From NCBI GenBank assembly GCA_023703535.1, contig CP097967.1, forward strand, positions 28,543 to 92,542: a DNA stretch of 64,000 bases. Reading direction: 5' to 3'. Shown piece by piece: positions 39,289-49,670 of the stretch (positions are counted from its first letter, which is position 1; each line of letters opens with the position of its first letter). Under the pieces are notes generated by a model. That model was not told the DNA's origin, did no database searches, and saw only the letters and a program-made list of their open reading frames with translations. This DNA is from SAR86 cluster bacterium. GTDB taxonomy: Bacteria; Pseudomonadota; Gammaproteobacteria; Magnimaribacterales; TMED112. The translations under genes and the position numbers were made by a program.

Positions 39289-40525
39289 CTATATCTTTTC
39301 TATAAACCATATTATTAAATTTTATATTCTTTATGTTTGTATAAATAGTTTTTTTACAAGCTTCTAAGTCTGGAGCTTTTGCATTGAGGCTAAAAACTCT
39401 TCCACCACTCGTGAGCAGTTCTCCATTCTCTTTTTTTGTACCTGCATGAAAAAGTTTCACTTCATTCAAATCTAAAATTTCTATATGCTGATCTTTTTTA
39501 TAGCTTTCAGGATATCCACCTGATGCAATTACGACACCCATTGAGCTTTCTTTGCTCCATGAAATATTTTCCAGATTATCTGAAAGTGCATCCAATAGTA
39601 CTTCAAGTATGTCAGATTCTAATTGAAGCATTAAACACTGTGTTTCTGGGTCACCCAATCTACAATTATATTCAAGAACTTTAGGCTGATTATCCTTAAC
39701 CATGAGGCCAAAATACATAAAACCATAAAAATCTATTTTCGCCTTTCTCAATCCATGTGCAGTCGGTTCAACAACTTGTTCATTTATATTTTTTAAAAGC
39801 TCACTATTCATAAATGGCGATGGACTCATACAACCCATTCCACCAGTATTTGGCCCACTATTACCATCTAAAAGTGGTTTGTAATCTACACTTGTTTCAA
39901 AAGGGTAAAATCCTTTAGGTGTCATTATTCCCATATAGCTTAGCTCTGTACCAAACAAACACTCTTCGATTAACACTTCATTACCAGCATCACCAAACTT
40001 ATTTTTTTCCATAACATCTTCAATCCATTGCATTGCCTCACCTAATTCTTTTGCAACTAAAACTCCTTTACCTGCAGCAAGGCCATCAGCTTTAAGAACA
40101 ATTGGAAATTCGACTGTCTGAAGATAATTTTTGGCTAATTTTGATTCAGAAAAGAAATTAGCAGCACCCGTAGGAATATTATTTTCAAACATAAATTTTT
40201 TTGAAAATATTTTTGAACCCTCAAGCTGGGCGCCCTCTTTTGTGGGGCCAAATACTTTTACTCCTGAATCTTTGAAATAGTCATTGATGCCGTTTACAAG
40301 TGGATCTTCAGGTCCTACTACTATTAATTCAATTTTTTCACTATTAACAAGTTCTTCTAATGCAGAAAAATTATTTACGTTTATGCTTTTGTTAAAGCAT
40401 TTTGCTTCATTAGCTGTTCCACCATTTCCAGGAGCAACAAAAATTTTGCTAACTTGTTTGGATTTAGATAATTTCCATGCCAATGCATGTTCTCTACCAC
40501 CTTGACCTACAACTAAAACATTCAT
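39269..40525 (-). CDS. purD: phosphoribosylamine-glycine ligase
   Basis: MNVLVVGQGGREHALAWKL and an ATP-grasp core; purH-purD pair. Confidence 0.96.
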   Translation of the reverse strand: MNVLVVGQGGREHALAWKLSKSKQVSKIFVAPGNGGTANEAKCFNKSINVNNFSALEELVNSEKIELIVVGPEDPLVNGINDYFKDSGVKVFGPTKEGAQLEGSKIFSKKFMFENNIPTGAANFFSESKLAKNYLQTVEFPIVLKADGLAAGKGVLVAKELGEAMQWIEDVMEKNKFGDAGNEVLIEECLFGTELSYMGIMTPKGFYPFETSVDYKPLLDGNSGPNTGGMGCMSPSPFMNSELLKNINEQVVEPTAHGLRKAKIDFYGFMYFGLMVKDNQPKVLEYNCRLGDPETQCLMLQLESDILEVLLDALSDNLENISWSKESSMGVVIASGGYPESYKKDQHIEILDLNEVKLFHAGTKKENGELLTSGGRVFSLNAKAPDLEACKKTIYTNIKNIKFNNMVYRKDIGDIYES

Positions 40526-41998
40526 CTAATGCTTAAAGTGCCTATAGCCTGTCATAGTCATTGAAATACCATGTTCATCAGCTGCTGCAATTACTTCATC
40601 ATCTTTTACCGAACCGCCAGGCTGAATGATATGTTTTACTCCTTCATTTGCAGCTATATCAATATTATCCCTAAAAGGAAAAAATGCATCAGAAGCTAAA
40701 ACGCAATTCTTCACATCGAGTTTCTCTTCCTTAGCTTTCATAAATGCAATTTTGGTACTGATTACTCTACTCATTTGACCTGCGCCAATACCTAAAGTCA
40801 TCTCGTTTTTAGCAATTACAATAGCGTTGGATTTTACATGTTTAGCAACTTTCATTGCGAATAATAAATCATTGATATCATTACTATCGGGTTTTGCTTT
40901 TGTATTTGACTCTAATTTAATTTTCTCAAAATTAAGATTGTCATCGGTTTGCTCTAAATAAACTCCTGAATTGTACTTGTAGCTTTCGGTTAAATGTTTA
41001 AATTTATCGCCCTTTAACACTCTTATATTCTCTTTCTTTTTAAGAAGATTAATTGCTTCTTGATCAAAATCTGGGGCAATTAGTACTTCTACAAATTGAT
41101 TAGCCATGATTGATGATATTACTTTACTATTTACCTTTTGGTTTAACGCAATTACTCCTCCAAATGCCGAAGTAGGATCTGTTGAAAAAGCCTTTTTATA
41201 GGCATTCTCTAAGTCCTTATCTGATGCTACACCACATGGATTTGTATGTTTAACAATACATACTGAAGGTTTTTCAAATTCATTTACACAATTCCATGCT
41301 GCCATTGCATCCGCCACATTATTGTAAGAAATTTGTTTTCCTTGAAGTGGGTTTAAAAAGTCGATTGGTGAAGTAGTTTCGACCTTTAGTTTTGCAGTTT
41401 GATGTGGATTTTCGCCATATCTTAAATTTATTTCTTTGGTATCTTTTAACCAACTTGCAACATCTGAGTCATAAAGATTTGTTTTATTAAAAATATTTGA
41501 TGCTAGCTTCCTTGATTGCAACTCACTCATTCCATCTAGGCTAATTTCACTGTAATCAGTTGGGTCTCCTACTGCAACAGTATATTTATAGTTTTTGGCG
41601 GCAGCTCTCAACATTGCTGGACCACCTATATCAATTTTTTCTATTATTTCATCATTGGATGAACCCTTTCGTACCTCTTCTTTAAAGGGATAAAGATTTA
41701 CAACAACAAGATCTATTTTCTTAGCACCCATTTTCTTTAATTCTTCAGAGTCTTTCTCACCTCTTGCTAAAATACCAGCATGAATTTTAGGATGTAGAGT
41801 TTTTACTCTCCCATCAAATATTTCAGAAAAACCTGTGTAATCTTCAACCTCAGTTACTTTAATATTATTTTCTTTAAGATATTTTGATGTACCTCCAGAG
41901 GAGATTATTTCTATATTGTTATCAAAGAGTTTTTGAGCAAGCTCAAGTATTCCACTTTTATCATAAACACTTATTAGAGCTGTCTTTATTTTTATCAC
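40526..41998 (-). CDS. purH: bifunctional AICAR transformylase / IMP cyclohydrolase
   Basis: ALISVYDKSGI, IDIGGPAMLRAAAKN, and C-terminal GYRHFKH. Confidence 0.96.
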   Translation of the reverse strand: MIKIKTALISVYDKSGILELAQKLFDNNIEIISSGGTSKYLKENNIKVTEVEDYTGFSEIFDGRVKTLHPKIHAGILARGEKDSEELKKMGAKKIDLVVVNLYPFKEEVRKGSSNDEIIEKIDIGGPAMLRAAAKNYKYTVAVGDPTDYSEISLDGMSELQSRKLASNIFNKTNLYDSDVASWLKDTKEINLRYGENPHQTAKLKVETTSPIDFLNPLQGKQISYNNVADAMAAWNCVNEFEKPSVCIVKHTNPCGVASDKDLENAYKKAFSTDPTSAFGGVIALNQKVNSKVISSIMANQFVEVLIAPDFDQEAINLLKKKENIRVLKGDKFKHLTESYKYNSGVYLEQTDDNLNFEKIKLESNTKAKPDSNDINDLLFAMKVAKHVKSNAIVIAKNEMTLGIGAGQMSRVISTKIAFMKAKEEKLDVKNCVLASDAFFPFRDNIDIAANEGVKHIIQPGGSVKDDEVIAAADEHGISMTMTGYRHFKH

Positions 41999-42249
41999 TA
42001 CAACAAACCGTATTTGGCAAGTTTTTTTCTTAGAGTACCTCTATTAAGACCTAAAATTTTACTAGCTTCTGATTGATTGCCTCTACACTTCTTCATAACC
42101 ACCTCTAGAAGTGGCGGCTCAATCTGGCTTAGAGTTAAATCGTAAAGTTCTATTGGGCTTTCTCCATCAAGATTTCGGTAGTATCTTTTTATGGCCCTTT
42201 TAACTTCACCTCTTAAACTTCTTTTGTCAGTGTTAAACTTGCTGGACAT
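41998..42249 (-). CDS. fis: DNA-binding protein Fis
   Basis: C-terminal HTH GNQSEASKILGLNRGTLRKKLAKYGL. I prefer the start at M18 (42249) because the longer ORF would overlap the divergent rsmE. Confidence 0.88.
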   Translation of the reverse strand: MSSKFNTDKRSLRGEVKRAIKRYYRNLDGESPIELYDLTLSQIEPPLLEVVMKKCRGNQSEASKILGLNRGTLRKKLAKYGLL

Positions 42250-42274
42250 CAAAATGATATAATTTCGGTTCTCT

Positions 42275-42958
42275 ATGAGAACCGCGTCAATATTCCTCAA
42301 AAAAAAGATGAGTAATGATATTGCTCATTTTTTAGACAATAGTCAAATACATTACTTAAAAAAAGTAATGAAAATTAAACATGACGAAAAGTTTTATACT
42401 TTTGATGGAAATGGATTAAGAGCGTTATGTAAACTGACTTCTGATTCAAAGTTAAAAGTTTTAGAAATAAATCAAGAAAAAAGAAAATACCATTGCAGTA
42501 TGATAATTCCTTTATTAAAGAAAGCGAGATTTGAATATGCCCTTCAAAAATGTGTGGAGCTAGGCATTAAAAATGTGATTACATATATCTCTTATAAAGC
42601 TAGAGATAAATATGATTTTTCAAAAGAGCTCACTAGGCTTGATAGGTATAAGGAAATTATAAAATCAGCATTTCTTCAGTCTGAAAACTATTATTTACCT
42701 GATATAGAAATATCAGAATTTCTTTTCGATATTAATTTTGATAATTTTAAAAATCCTATTTTCTTAGATCAGAATGTAAGTTCAAATTTAAATGGAGATG
42801 AGGATGTTGATGCAATTGTTGTAGGCGGTGAATTTGGTTATCACGAAAAAGAAATTGAATTTTTAGAAAAACAAAAAAATATAAGAAGTTTTAGTATAAG
42901 TTCTAATATACTAAGAGTTGAGACTGCGCCTGTTGTTGCTCTTGCTAAATTAAATTAA
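42275..42958 (+). CDS. rsmE: 16S rRNA m3U1498 methyltransferase RsmE
   Basis: MRxxxIF-type N-terminus, VGGEFGYHEKEIEF and ILRVETAP; upstream of gshB. Confidence 0.75.
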   Translation: MRTASIFLKKKMSNDIAHFLDNSQIHYLKKVMKIKHDEKFYTFDGNGLRALCKLTSDSKLKVLEINQEKRKYHCSMIIPLLKKARFEYALQKCVELGIKNVITYISYKARDKYDFSKELTRLDRYKEIIKSAFLQSENYYLPDIEISEFLFDINFDNFKNPIFLDQNVSSNLNGDEDVDAIVVGGEFGYHEKEIEFLEKQKNIRSFSISSNILRVETAPVVALAKLN

Positions 42959-42961
42959 TAA

Positions 42962-43891
42962 ATGAAAGTAGCCTTTATAATCAATGATTTTAACTCAATG
43001 AATCTTGAGAAAGATACATCAATTTTTCTTATGAATGAGGCTTATAACAGGGGATATGAAGTTTTTTCCTTTGGCGTTAATGAGGTTACGTATAAATCTA
43101 ATAATCTCTACGCTGAATGTGAAAAAGTAAATTTTCCTGATCCAAGTTTACTTTCATTCACAAAAGAAAATGCTGATTTACAAAATCTTAAGGACTTTGA
43201 TTATGTGATTAATAGAGTAACGCCTCCTTTTAATAAAGAATACCTTTATCTAACTCAGCTTTTAGATCTTGCAAAGATAAAATGTATTAACCCAACACAA
43301 GCTTTAAGAGAGGAAAATGAAAAGTTGGTCATTTTGAATTTTCCAGAACTTACACCAGTTACAAAAGTTACAAATTCTCTTGATGAAATAAAAAATATGT
43401 TTGATGAAGGATGCAAAAAAATTGTTATAAAACCATTAGATGGAATGGGTGGCAAATCTATCTTCACTTTGAACGAGTCTGACAAAAATATAAATGTAAT
43501 TTGGGAGACAGTAACTCAAAACGGAAGAAAACATGTAATGCTTCAAGAGTATGTTGACGAGGCTAAAGAAGGAGATACAAGAATTGTCTTTATTAATTAT
43601 GAAATGCTTAATAAAAAAGTTGTGAGAGTTCCATCAACTGATGATTTTAGAGGTAATTTAGCAGCTGGAGCTAAATATAAAGTCGAAGATACAACAGAGT
43701 TTGATAAAAAAATTGCTAAACAAATTATTCCCTTTTTAAAAAAGAGAAATATTTATTTTGCTGGTGCAGATTTTCTTGGAGAAAAGCTCTCTGAAATTAA
43801 TATTACCTCTCCAACATGCTTACAAGAAATTCATAAAAATACTGATTTAAATCCCAGCAAGTTTTTCTGGGACAACATCGGAAATGAATAA
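42962..43891 (+). CDS. gshB: glutathione synthetase
   Basis: Prokaryotic GSH-S N-domain (MKVAFIINDF..KDTS) plus ATP-grasp (KPLDGMGGKSIF, GDTRI). Confidence 0.9.
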   Translation: MKVAFIINDFNSMNLEKDTSIFLMNEAYNRGYEVFSFGVNEVTYKSNNLYAECEKVNFPDPSLLSFTKENADLQNLKDFDYVINRVTPPFNKEYLYLTQLLDLAKIKCINPTQALREENEKLVILNFPELTPVTKVTNSLDEIKNMFDEGCKKIVIKPLDGMGGKSIFTLNESDKNINVIWETVTQNGRKHVMLQEYVDEAKEGDTRIVFINYEMLNKKVVRVPSTDDFRGNLAAGAKYKVEDTTEFDKKIAKQIIPFLKKRNIYFAGADFLGEKLSEINITSPTCLQEIHKNTDLNPSKFFWDNIGNE

Positions 43892-44270
43892 AAATTACAA
43901 TATGCTTCTTTGTTTTGATTTTGGTGTTAAGAAAATAGGAATTTGTTTTGGAGAAACAATAGCAGGAAGCTCCACACCTTTGCCAGTAATTAAAAATAAT
44001 TCCGAGTCGATGAAAAAAATCAAATCATATGTTGATGAATGGGATCCAGATGCATTTTTAATTGGGTGTCCTTCAAAACCATCTGAAGACTTTTTTAGAC
44101 AACTTAATATTTTTAAGGAAAATCTAAAAAATGAATTTAAATTAGAAGTAATCGAAAGCAATGAAGATTTTACAAGCCAAATAATTTCATCAGAATTTAA
44201 AAATAAAGAATACGATTCATTATCAGCACAAAAAATATTCGAAAGTTGGGTAAATACTAAAAATGAGTAA
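43884..44270 (+). CDS. ruvX: putative pre-16S rRNA nuclease / Holliday junction resolvase-like YqgF
   Basis: LCFDFGVKKIGICFG N-terminus and gshB-yqgF synteny. Confidence 0.8.
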   Translation: MNKNYNMLLCFDFGVKKIGICFGETIAGSSTPLPVIKNNSESMKKIKSYVDEWDPDAFLIGCPSKPSEDFFRQLNIFKENLKNEFKLEVIESNEDFTSQIISSEFKNKEYDSLSAQKIFESWVNTKNE

Positions 44271-45999
44271 ATCTATTCCAAGAGAGTTTATAGATAAACT
44301 AATTGAGATGTCCGATATAGTTGGAATAATTGGAACGTACGTTGATTTACGCCAATCATCTGGACAATACAGAAGTAAATGTCCTTTTCATGATGGCGAC
44401 AATATAACTACATTTTCTGTCAGTCCTCAAAAGGGGATATATCATTGTTTTAAGTGTAATGAAGGAGGAAATGTAATAAGTTTCCTAATGAAATACCTTT
44501 CACTGGATTTTATTGAAGCAGTTGAAAAACTAGCAGAAATAAATCATGTTGAAATTCCAAGAACAGCAACTAAGCAAGGTCCTGATAATAGTAAATTTTT
44601 TGAAATAAATAAGTTAGTTGCAAATGAATATTTTTCTTATCTGAAGAATGAACCTGCATCAGTAGAATACCTAAAAAGACGAGGTCTTACTGGTGAGACT
44701 GCAAAAGATTTTTTAATTGGTTTTGCTCCTAAAGTGCAATCGCAATTAATAGAAAAGCTTAGAGAAAAGTTTGATGATGAATTGCTGATAAAAAGTGGCT
44801 CTTTTGGCAAAGGAGAAAATGGGTTATATCCATTTTTAAGAAATAGAATAACCTTTCCAATTTTTAATACTAAGGAGAATGTCATTGGATTTGGTGGAAG
44901 ATCAATAGATGAACAGATGCCAAAGTACCTTAATTCTAAAGAAAGTAATTTTTTTCAAAAGAAAAGAGAACTTTATGGCTTCAACAAAGCTAGGCAAGAT
45001 AAAGAATTAGATTTTTTCCTGGTGACAGAGGGGTATATGGATGTAATCATGCTAAATCAAAATGGAGTGAATAATGCTGTTGCTTCTTTAGGCACTGCCT
45101 TTACTTTGTATCATCTTGAAAATCTTTTTAAGTTTAAGAACAAGATAATTTTTTGTTTTGATTCGGATGAGGCTGGTCTTAAAGCGGCGTGGAGATCGCT
45201 TAATCAATGCATTAATAAAATTTACGCTGACAGAACCATTAGGTTTCTTTTTTTACCAGCCGGCGAGGATCCAGATTCTTTTATATTGAAAAATGGTAAA
45301 GAGGAATTTTTAAAAAAAGCTGCAAATGCTTTGGTGTTGGAGAATTTCGTATTTCAATATTTAAAAAGAGGGAAAAATTTAGAATCACCAGAAGATATAA
45401 GGCTAATTTCACATGAGTTGCAAAATTTAACAAAGAATATAGAAGCAGATATATTGAAAGAGACTCTGGTAAATAAAATTTCTAAAGAATTGGGAGTAAG
45501 TAAAGAAGCTCTAGTTGCACTAAAGAAAAGTGCCCCTAAAGCAAATGCTCAACTAGTAGAGGAACCTTCTAGAGCTAAAACTGATAAATCATTTCTATTG
45601 TTCATTTACATCTACTCAAATTTTAAAGATTTAATTACAGAAAAAGGGGCGCTTAATTTTGTAATTAATTCTAAAGAAGAAGTTTTGGCTGCTGTAAAAA
45701 AAGTTATTAATTCAATTTCAGATGGTAGCACTGAGCATACTGAATTAGCACTTTATACTGAAGCGGAGATGTTAAATCTCAAATTAAGTGAAGATGATGC
45801 ATTGCAAGAATTTCAAAGAGTTTCTGATGAAATTCAACTTAAATATGATAAAAATTTCCTTAATGAGATGAAAAAACTGGCAAAAGATAAAAAATTAAGC
45901 TTTGAAAGGAAAGAAAATCTGCAAAAAACTTTAAATTTGAGTGATAATATCTCAACTCAGGAAGAGGAGCTGATTAAACTCTTAAATGACTATGCTTGA
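44263..45999 (+). CDS. dnaG: DNA primase
   Basis: Zinc ribbon CPFHDGDNITTFSVSPQKGIYHCFKCNEGGNVISF and TOPRIM EGYMDV..DSDEAG. Confidence 0.96.
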   Translation: MSKSIPREFIDKLIEMSDIVGIIGTYVDLRQSSGQYRSKCPFHDGDNITTFSVSPQKGIYHCFKCNEGGNVISFLMKYLSLDFIEAVEKLAEINHVEIPRTATKQGPDNSKFFEINKLVANEYFSYLKNEPASVEYLKRRGLTGETAKDFLIGFAPKVQSQLIEKLREKFDDELLIKSGSFGKGENGLYPFLRNRITFPIFNTKENVIGFGGRSIDEQMPKYLNSKESNFFQKKRELYGFNKARQDKELDFFLVTEGYMDVIMLNQNGVNNAVASLGTAFTLYHLENLFKFKNKIIFCFDSDEAGLKAAWRSLNQCINKIYADRTIRFLFLPAGEDPDSFILKNGKEEFLKKAANALVLENFVFQYLKRGKNLESPEDIRLISHELQNLTKNIEADILKETLVNKISKELGVSKEALVALKKSAPKANAQLVEEPSRAKTDKSFLLFIYIYSNFKDLITEKGALNFVINSKEEVLAAVKKVINSISDGSTEHTELALYTEAEMLNLKLSEDDALQEFQRVSDEIQLKYDKNFLNEMKKLAKDKKLSFERKENLQKTLNLSDNISTQEEELIKLLNDYA

Positions 46000-46030
46000 A
46001 AATAGTTAATTTAGAGGTATATAAAGAATA

Positions 46031-47854
46031 ATGTCTGAAAAAATTAATCCAGAAGAGAAAAATGCAGCAAATGATATAGCTCAACTTATTCAGTTGGGCC
46101 GTGATCAAGGTTTCTTAACTCATGCAGATATAAATGATACTTTGCCTGAGGGCTCAACAGACGAAGATAATTTCCCAGAAATTCTTCAAGCACTTAAAGA
46201 TATGGGGATTAAAGTTTTTGAAGAGACTCCTGATGAAGATGAGTTAATGCTTGGTGAAGACGAGGATACCGATGACCTAGCTGCAGAAGATGCAGTTGCA
46301 GCTCTTTCTCAAACAGAAATTGAATCAGGAAGAACAACCGATCCTGTACGAATGTATATGAGAGAAATGGGAAGTGTCGATCTTTTGACTAAAACAGGTG
46401 AAATAGATATAGCAAAGAGAATAGAAAAAGCTATGAAGGAAGTTCTTTCATTATGTGCTGAGTATCCTTTATGTATTGAATATATCCTAGATTTTTATGG
46501 AAGGATTAAGAATGAAGAAAAGAAAACACAAGATTTGATTTCTGGTTTTATGCTAGATGAACCCGAAGATGAAATAGTTGAAGAGGAGTTTAATGAACAA
46601 AATGAGGAAAATGAGGAGATTGAAGACGATGAGAATGAAGAATCTTCAGCTATATCTTTTGAAGAGTGCACAGAAGTTATTAAAAAAATAAAAAGAAACT
46701 ACAACATTTATGTTAAATCTTTAAACAATGCCAAACTTGATCCAAAAGCTCAAAAAGCACTAGATAAACTAAAAGAAGAATTCCAAAAAATTAAGTTTAA
46801 TTCCAAAGTTTTCGATACTCTTGTTTTAATTCCTGCTGAGAGGAAAGCACAAGTAGGCGCTTTTGAGAAAGAACTAAAAAAAATGCTGGTTAAAAACGTG
46901 GGCCTTCCAAATAAAGAAGCAAGAAGTTTAATTGATGAAAATCTTATTAATATACGACTTCTGACTAAACTATCTAAAGATAAAAAATTGAAGAAAAAGA
47001 TTGAAGTTATAAAACCTACATTTATTAGGATTCAGAAAGATCTTATCAAAATTGATGAAAATAACTTAATGCCTGTAACCCAAATTTTGTCTCTGAATAA
47101 AAGAATTAACAAAGCATATAGAGGCTTATTAAGAGCCAAAAAAGAAATGATAGAGGCGAATTTAAGGTTAGTAATTTCGATAGCAAAAAAATATACAAAT
47201 AGAGGACTACAGTTTCTAGACCTTATTCAAGAGGGCAATATTGGTCTCATGAAAGCAGTTGATAAGTTTGAATACAGAAGAGGATATAAATTTTCAACTT
47301 ATGCTACTTGGTGGATAAGACAAGCGATAACTAGATCAATTGCTGACCAAGCCAGAACAATTAGAATTCCAGTCCACATGATTGAAACGATTAATAAGCT
47401 AAATAGACTCTCCAGACAAATGATGCAAGAAATTGGAAGAGAGCCCACTCCTGAAGAGATGTCAAAGAGATTAGATATTCCGGAAGATAAAATGAGAAAA
47501 GTAATGAAAATTGCAAAAGAGCCGATTTCAATGGAAACACCAATCGGTGATGATGAAGATTCAAATCTTGGTGATTTTCTTGAAGATAGTTCAATCAATT
47601 CGCCTATAGATGATGCATCAATAAGAGGTCTTAAAGATGCTACCGATGAAATATTGGGTTCATTAACTGCAAGAGAAGCTAAAGTCCTAAGAATGAGATT
47701 TGGTATTGGAATGAATAATGATCACACTCTTGAAGAGGTTGGAAAACAATTTGATGTGACAAGAGAAAGAATAAGACAAATCGAAGCTAAAGCACTTAGA
47801 AAACTACGTCATCCATCTCGTTCTGATGTGTTAAAAAGTTTCTTGCATGAATAA
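46031..47854 (+). CDS. rpoD: RNA polymerase sigma-70
   Basis: Acidic region 1, region 2 ([39 protein letters not shown]) and region 4 ([29 protein letters not shown]). Confidence 0.98.
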   Translation: MSEKINPEEKNAANDIAQLIQLGRDQGFLTHADINDTLPEGSTDEDNFPEILQALKDMGIKVFEETPDEDELMLGEDEDTDDLAAEDAVAALSQTEIESGRTTDPVRMYMREMGSVDLLTKTGEIDIAKRIEKAMKEVLSLCAEYPLCIEYILDFYGRIKNEEKKTQDLISGFMLDEPEDEIVEEEFNEQNEENEEIEDDENEESSAISFEECTEVIKKIKRNYNIYVKSLNNAKLDPKAQKALDKLKEEFQKIKFNSKVFDTLVLIPAERKAQVGAFEKELKKMLVKNVGLPNKEARSLIDENLINIRLLTKLSKDKKLKKKIEVIKPTFIRIQKDLIKIDENNLMPVTQILSLNKRINKAYRGLLRAKKEMIEANLRLVISIAKKYTNRGLQFLDLIQEGNIGLMKAVDKFEYRRGYKFSTYATWWIRQAITRSIADQARTIRIPVHMIETINKLNRLSRQMMQEIGREPTPEEMSKRLDIPEDKMRKVMKIAKEPISMETPIGDDEDSNLGDFLEDSSINSPIDDASIRGLKDATDEILGSLTAREAKVLRMRFGIGMNNDHTLEEVGKQFDVTRERIRQIEAKALRKLRHPSRSDVLKSFLHE

Positions 47855-47901
47855 AACTTTAAGATACTATTAAATCTAACGTTTAACTCAAATAAAGCAT
47901 T

Positions 47902-49182
47902 GTGGAATTCATAATTGAGAATTTTTATCTAATTATTGCGTCAGCATTAATTTTTGGTTTCTTTATGGCCTATGGTATTGGGGCAAATGATGTGGCGAAT
48001 GCCATGGGTACTTCTGTTGGAAGTAGAGCTCTAACTCTCACACAAGCTTTGGTAATAGCAGCTATTTTTGAATTCCTTGGTGCATATTTAGCTGGAGCTG
48101 AAGTTACAACCACAATTAAAGAAAATATCGTATCTCCTAGTAACTTTGATGCAAATCCCTCGATATTCGTTTTAGGTATGCTTTCTAGTCTGCTAGCAGC
48201 AGGAGCATGGTTATTAATAGCAACAGTTTTTGGATTACCTGTCTCAACAACACATGCAATAATTGGGGCAATTGCAGGTTTTTCAGTATTTTATTTAGGC
48301 TGGTCATCAGTCAGCTGGGGATACATTGGGAGCATTACAATATCGTGGCTTATCACTCCTTTACTTGCAGCGTTATTATCTGGACTTCTTTATTACAGTG
48401 CAAAGAAACTAATTATTAAATCAGATACCCCAATTGAATCAGGAAGAAGATATATACCAATGTATGCTGGACTTGTAGGTTTCATAATATCTGCTATTAC
48501 ACTTAATAAGAGTTTAAAGAATACCGATGTCCCTGAATTAATAACAGCAACTTTCGGCGGATCTGATTTAATAGTCGTAAATATATTAATTTCGTTGTCT
48601 GTCGCTCTGGTCTGTTATGCGATTTCAAGATTAATTTTATCGCATTATATTTCCACTGCACCAAATCCAGATGTTGAAGGAAAGTTTGCAGTTCTAATGA
48701 TTTTTACAGCTTGTTCAATTGCGTTTGCTCACGGTTCAAATGATGTGGCTAATGCTGTTGGCCCAATGGCTGCAGTTATTTCTACAATTGAAAACTTAGG
48801 TTCTATTGAAGCAAGTTCAACTGTACCAGAATGGGTGCTTTTAACTGGAGCTATTGGTATTGTTTTAGGGATGCTGACATTAGGTTTTAGAGTTATTAGA
48901 ACAGTCGGTGAGAAGATAACAAAACTGAAGCCAAGTAAAGGTTTTGCAGCAGAAATGTCTACAGCTATCGTAGTTCTTTTAGGAAGTATTTCTGGGATTC
49001 CTCTATCTACAACTCATACCCTAGTGGGTGCTGTTATAGGTATAGGTATATTTAGTAAAAATGAGGTCAATTATAGATCTGTTTTACAAATCTTAGGTTC
49101 ATGGTTTATAACAATTCCTGGTGGTGCTGTTTTAGCGATAATGTTCTTTGTTATACTCAAAAATCTCTTTGGAGTTATGTAA
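47902..49182 (+). CDS. pit: PiT-family inorganic phosphate transporter
   Basis: Duplicated GANDVANA(M/V)G signatures (N- and C-halves), polytopic membrane profile, GTG start. Confidence 0.9.
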   Translation: MEFIIENFYLIIASALIFGFFMAYGIGANDVANAMGTSVGSRALTLTQALVIAAIFEFLGAYLAGAEVTTTIKENIVSPSNFDANPSIFVLGMLSSLLAAGAWLLIATVFGLPVSTTHAIIGAIAGFSVFYLGWSSVSWGYIGSITISWLITPLLAALLSGLLYYSAKKLIIKSDTPIESGRRYIPMYAGLVGFIISAITLNKSLKNTDVPELITATFGGSDLIVVNILISLSVALVCYAISRLILSHYISTAPNPDVEGKFAVLMIFTACSIAFAHGSNDVANAVGPMAAVISTIENLGSIEASSTVPEWVLLTGAIGIVLGMLTLGFRVIRTVGEKITKLKPSKGFAAEMSTAIVVLLGSISGIPLSTTHTLVGAVIGIGIFSKNEVNYRSVLQILGSWFITIPGGAVLAIMFFVILKNLFGVM

Positions 49183-49670
49183 TGGATTTTGAATACTGGA
49201 TAGAGTTAGTCAATAAAGTTGTAAATATTATTACAGGACCAGCAGTTATTTTTAGTGTCTGGTTTCTTGTAGCTCAAATAAGAACGCAGATTAAAGTGGG
49301 AAAAGCTGCCTCGAGACAATCTATTGCAGAAGCTCATCAAGAGGTAACTCTTGCAGGTCTAGATCCTCTTTTAATGAAAGCCAAAAAAAAATTAATTCAG
49401 AAAAAAGAGTTAGATATTGAAGAGGAAGTTGCTTTAAGAATTCATATGACAGCAATATTGAGAGCAAGAGAAAATCATTTTTATCAACACCAAATGGGAA
49501 TGTTAGATATTGAAGAGTGGAAAACTATGAGAAAAGCATTAGGAACACTTTTTATTGATAATCAGTTAAATTTAGATATCTGGAATAAAAGTAAATCTAC
49601 CTTTAATCCAGATTTTGTGAAAATAGTTGATGAAGAAATCCAAATGAGGAAAGATACATTTAAAAAATGA
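49182..49670 (+). CDS. hypothetical single-pass membrane protein (162 aa)
   Basis: The ATG at 49182 shares one base with the pit stop (TAATG), and its stop overlaps the next start (ATGA). N-terminal TM is ITGPAVIFSVWFLVAQI. I recognise no family. The ORF-track start at 49101 lies inside pit. Confidence 0.55.
   Translation: MDFEYWIELVNKVVNIITGPAVIFSVWFLVAQIRTQIKVGKAASRQSIAEAHQEVTLAGLDPLLMKAKKKLIQKKELDIEEEVALRIHMTAILRARENHFYQHQMGMLDIEEWKTMRKALGTLFIDNQLNLDIWNKSKSTFNPDFVKIVDEEIQMRKDTFKK

Noticed and set aside
42250-42300. Long form of fis (100 aa, start 42300).
   Set aside because: It would overlap the divergently transcribed rsmE start at 42275. Fis-like length and alignment fit the internal ATG at 42249.
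49101-49181. ORF-track start at 49101 for the orphan membrane protein.
   Set aside because: The first 27 codons lie inside pit in another frame (Trp/Cys-rich nonsense). The ATG at 49182 is coupled to the pit stop.
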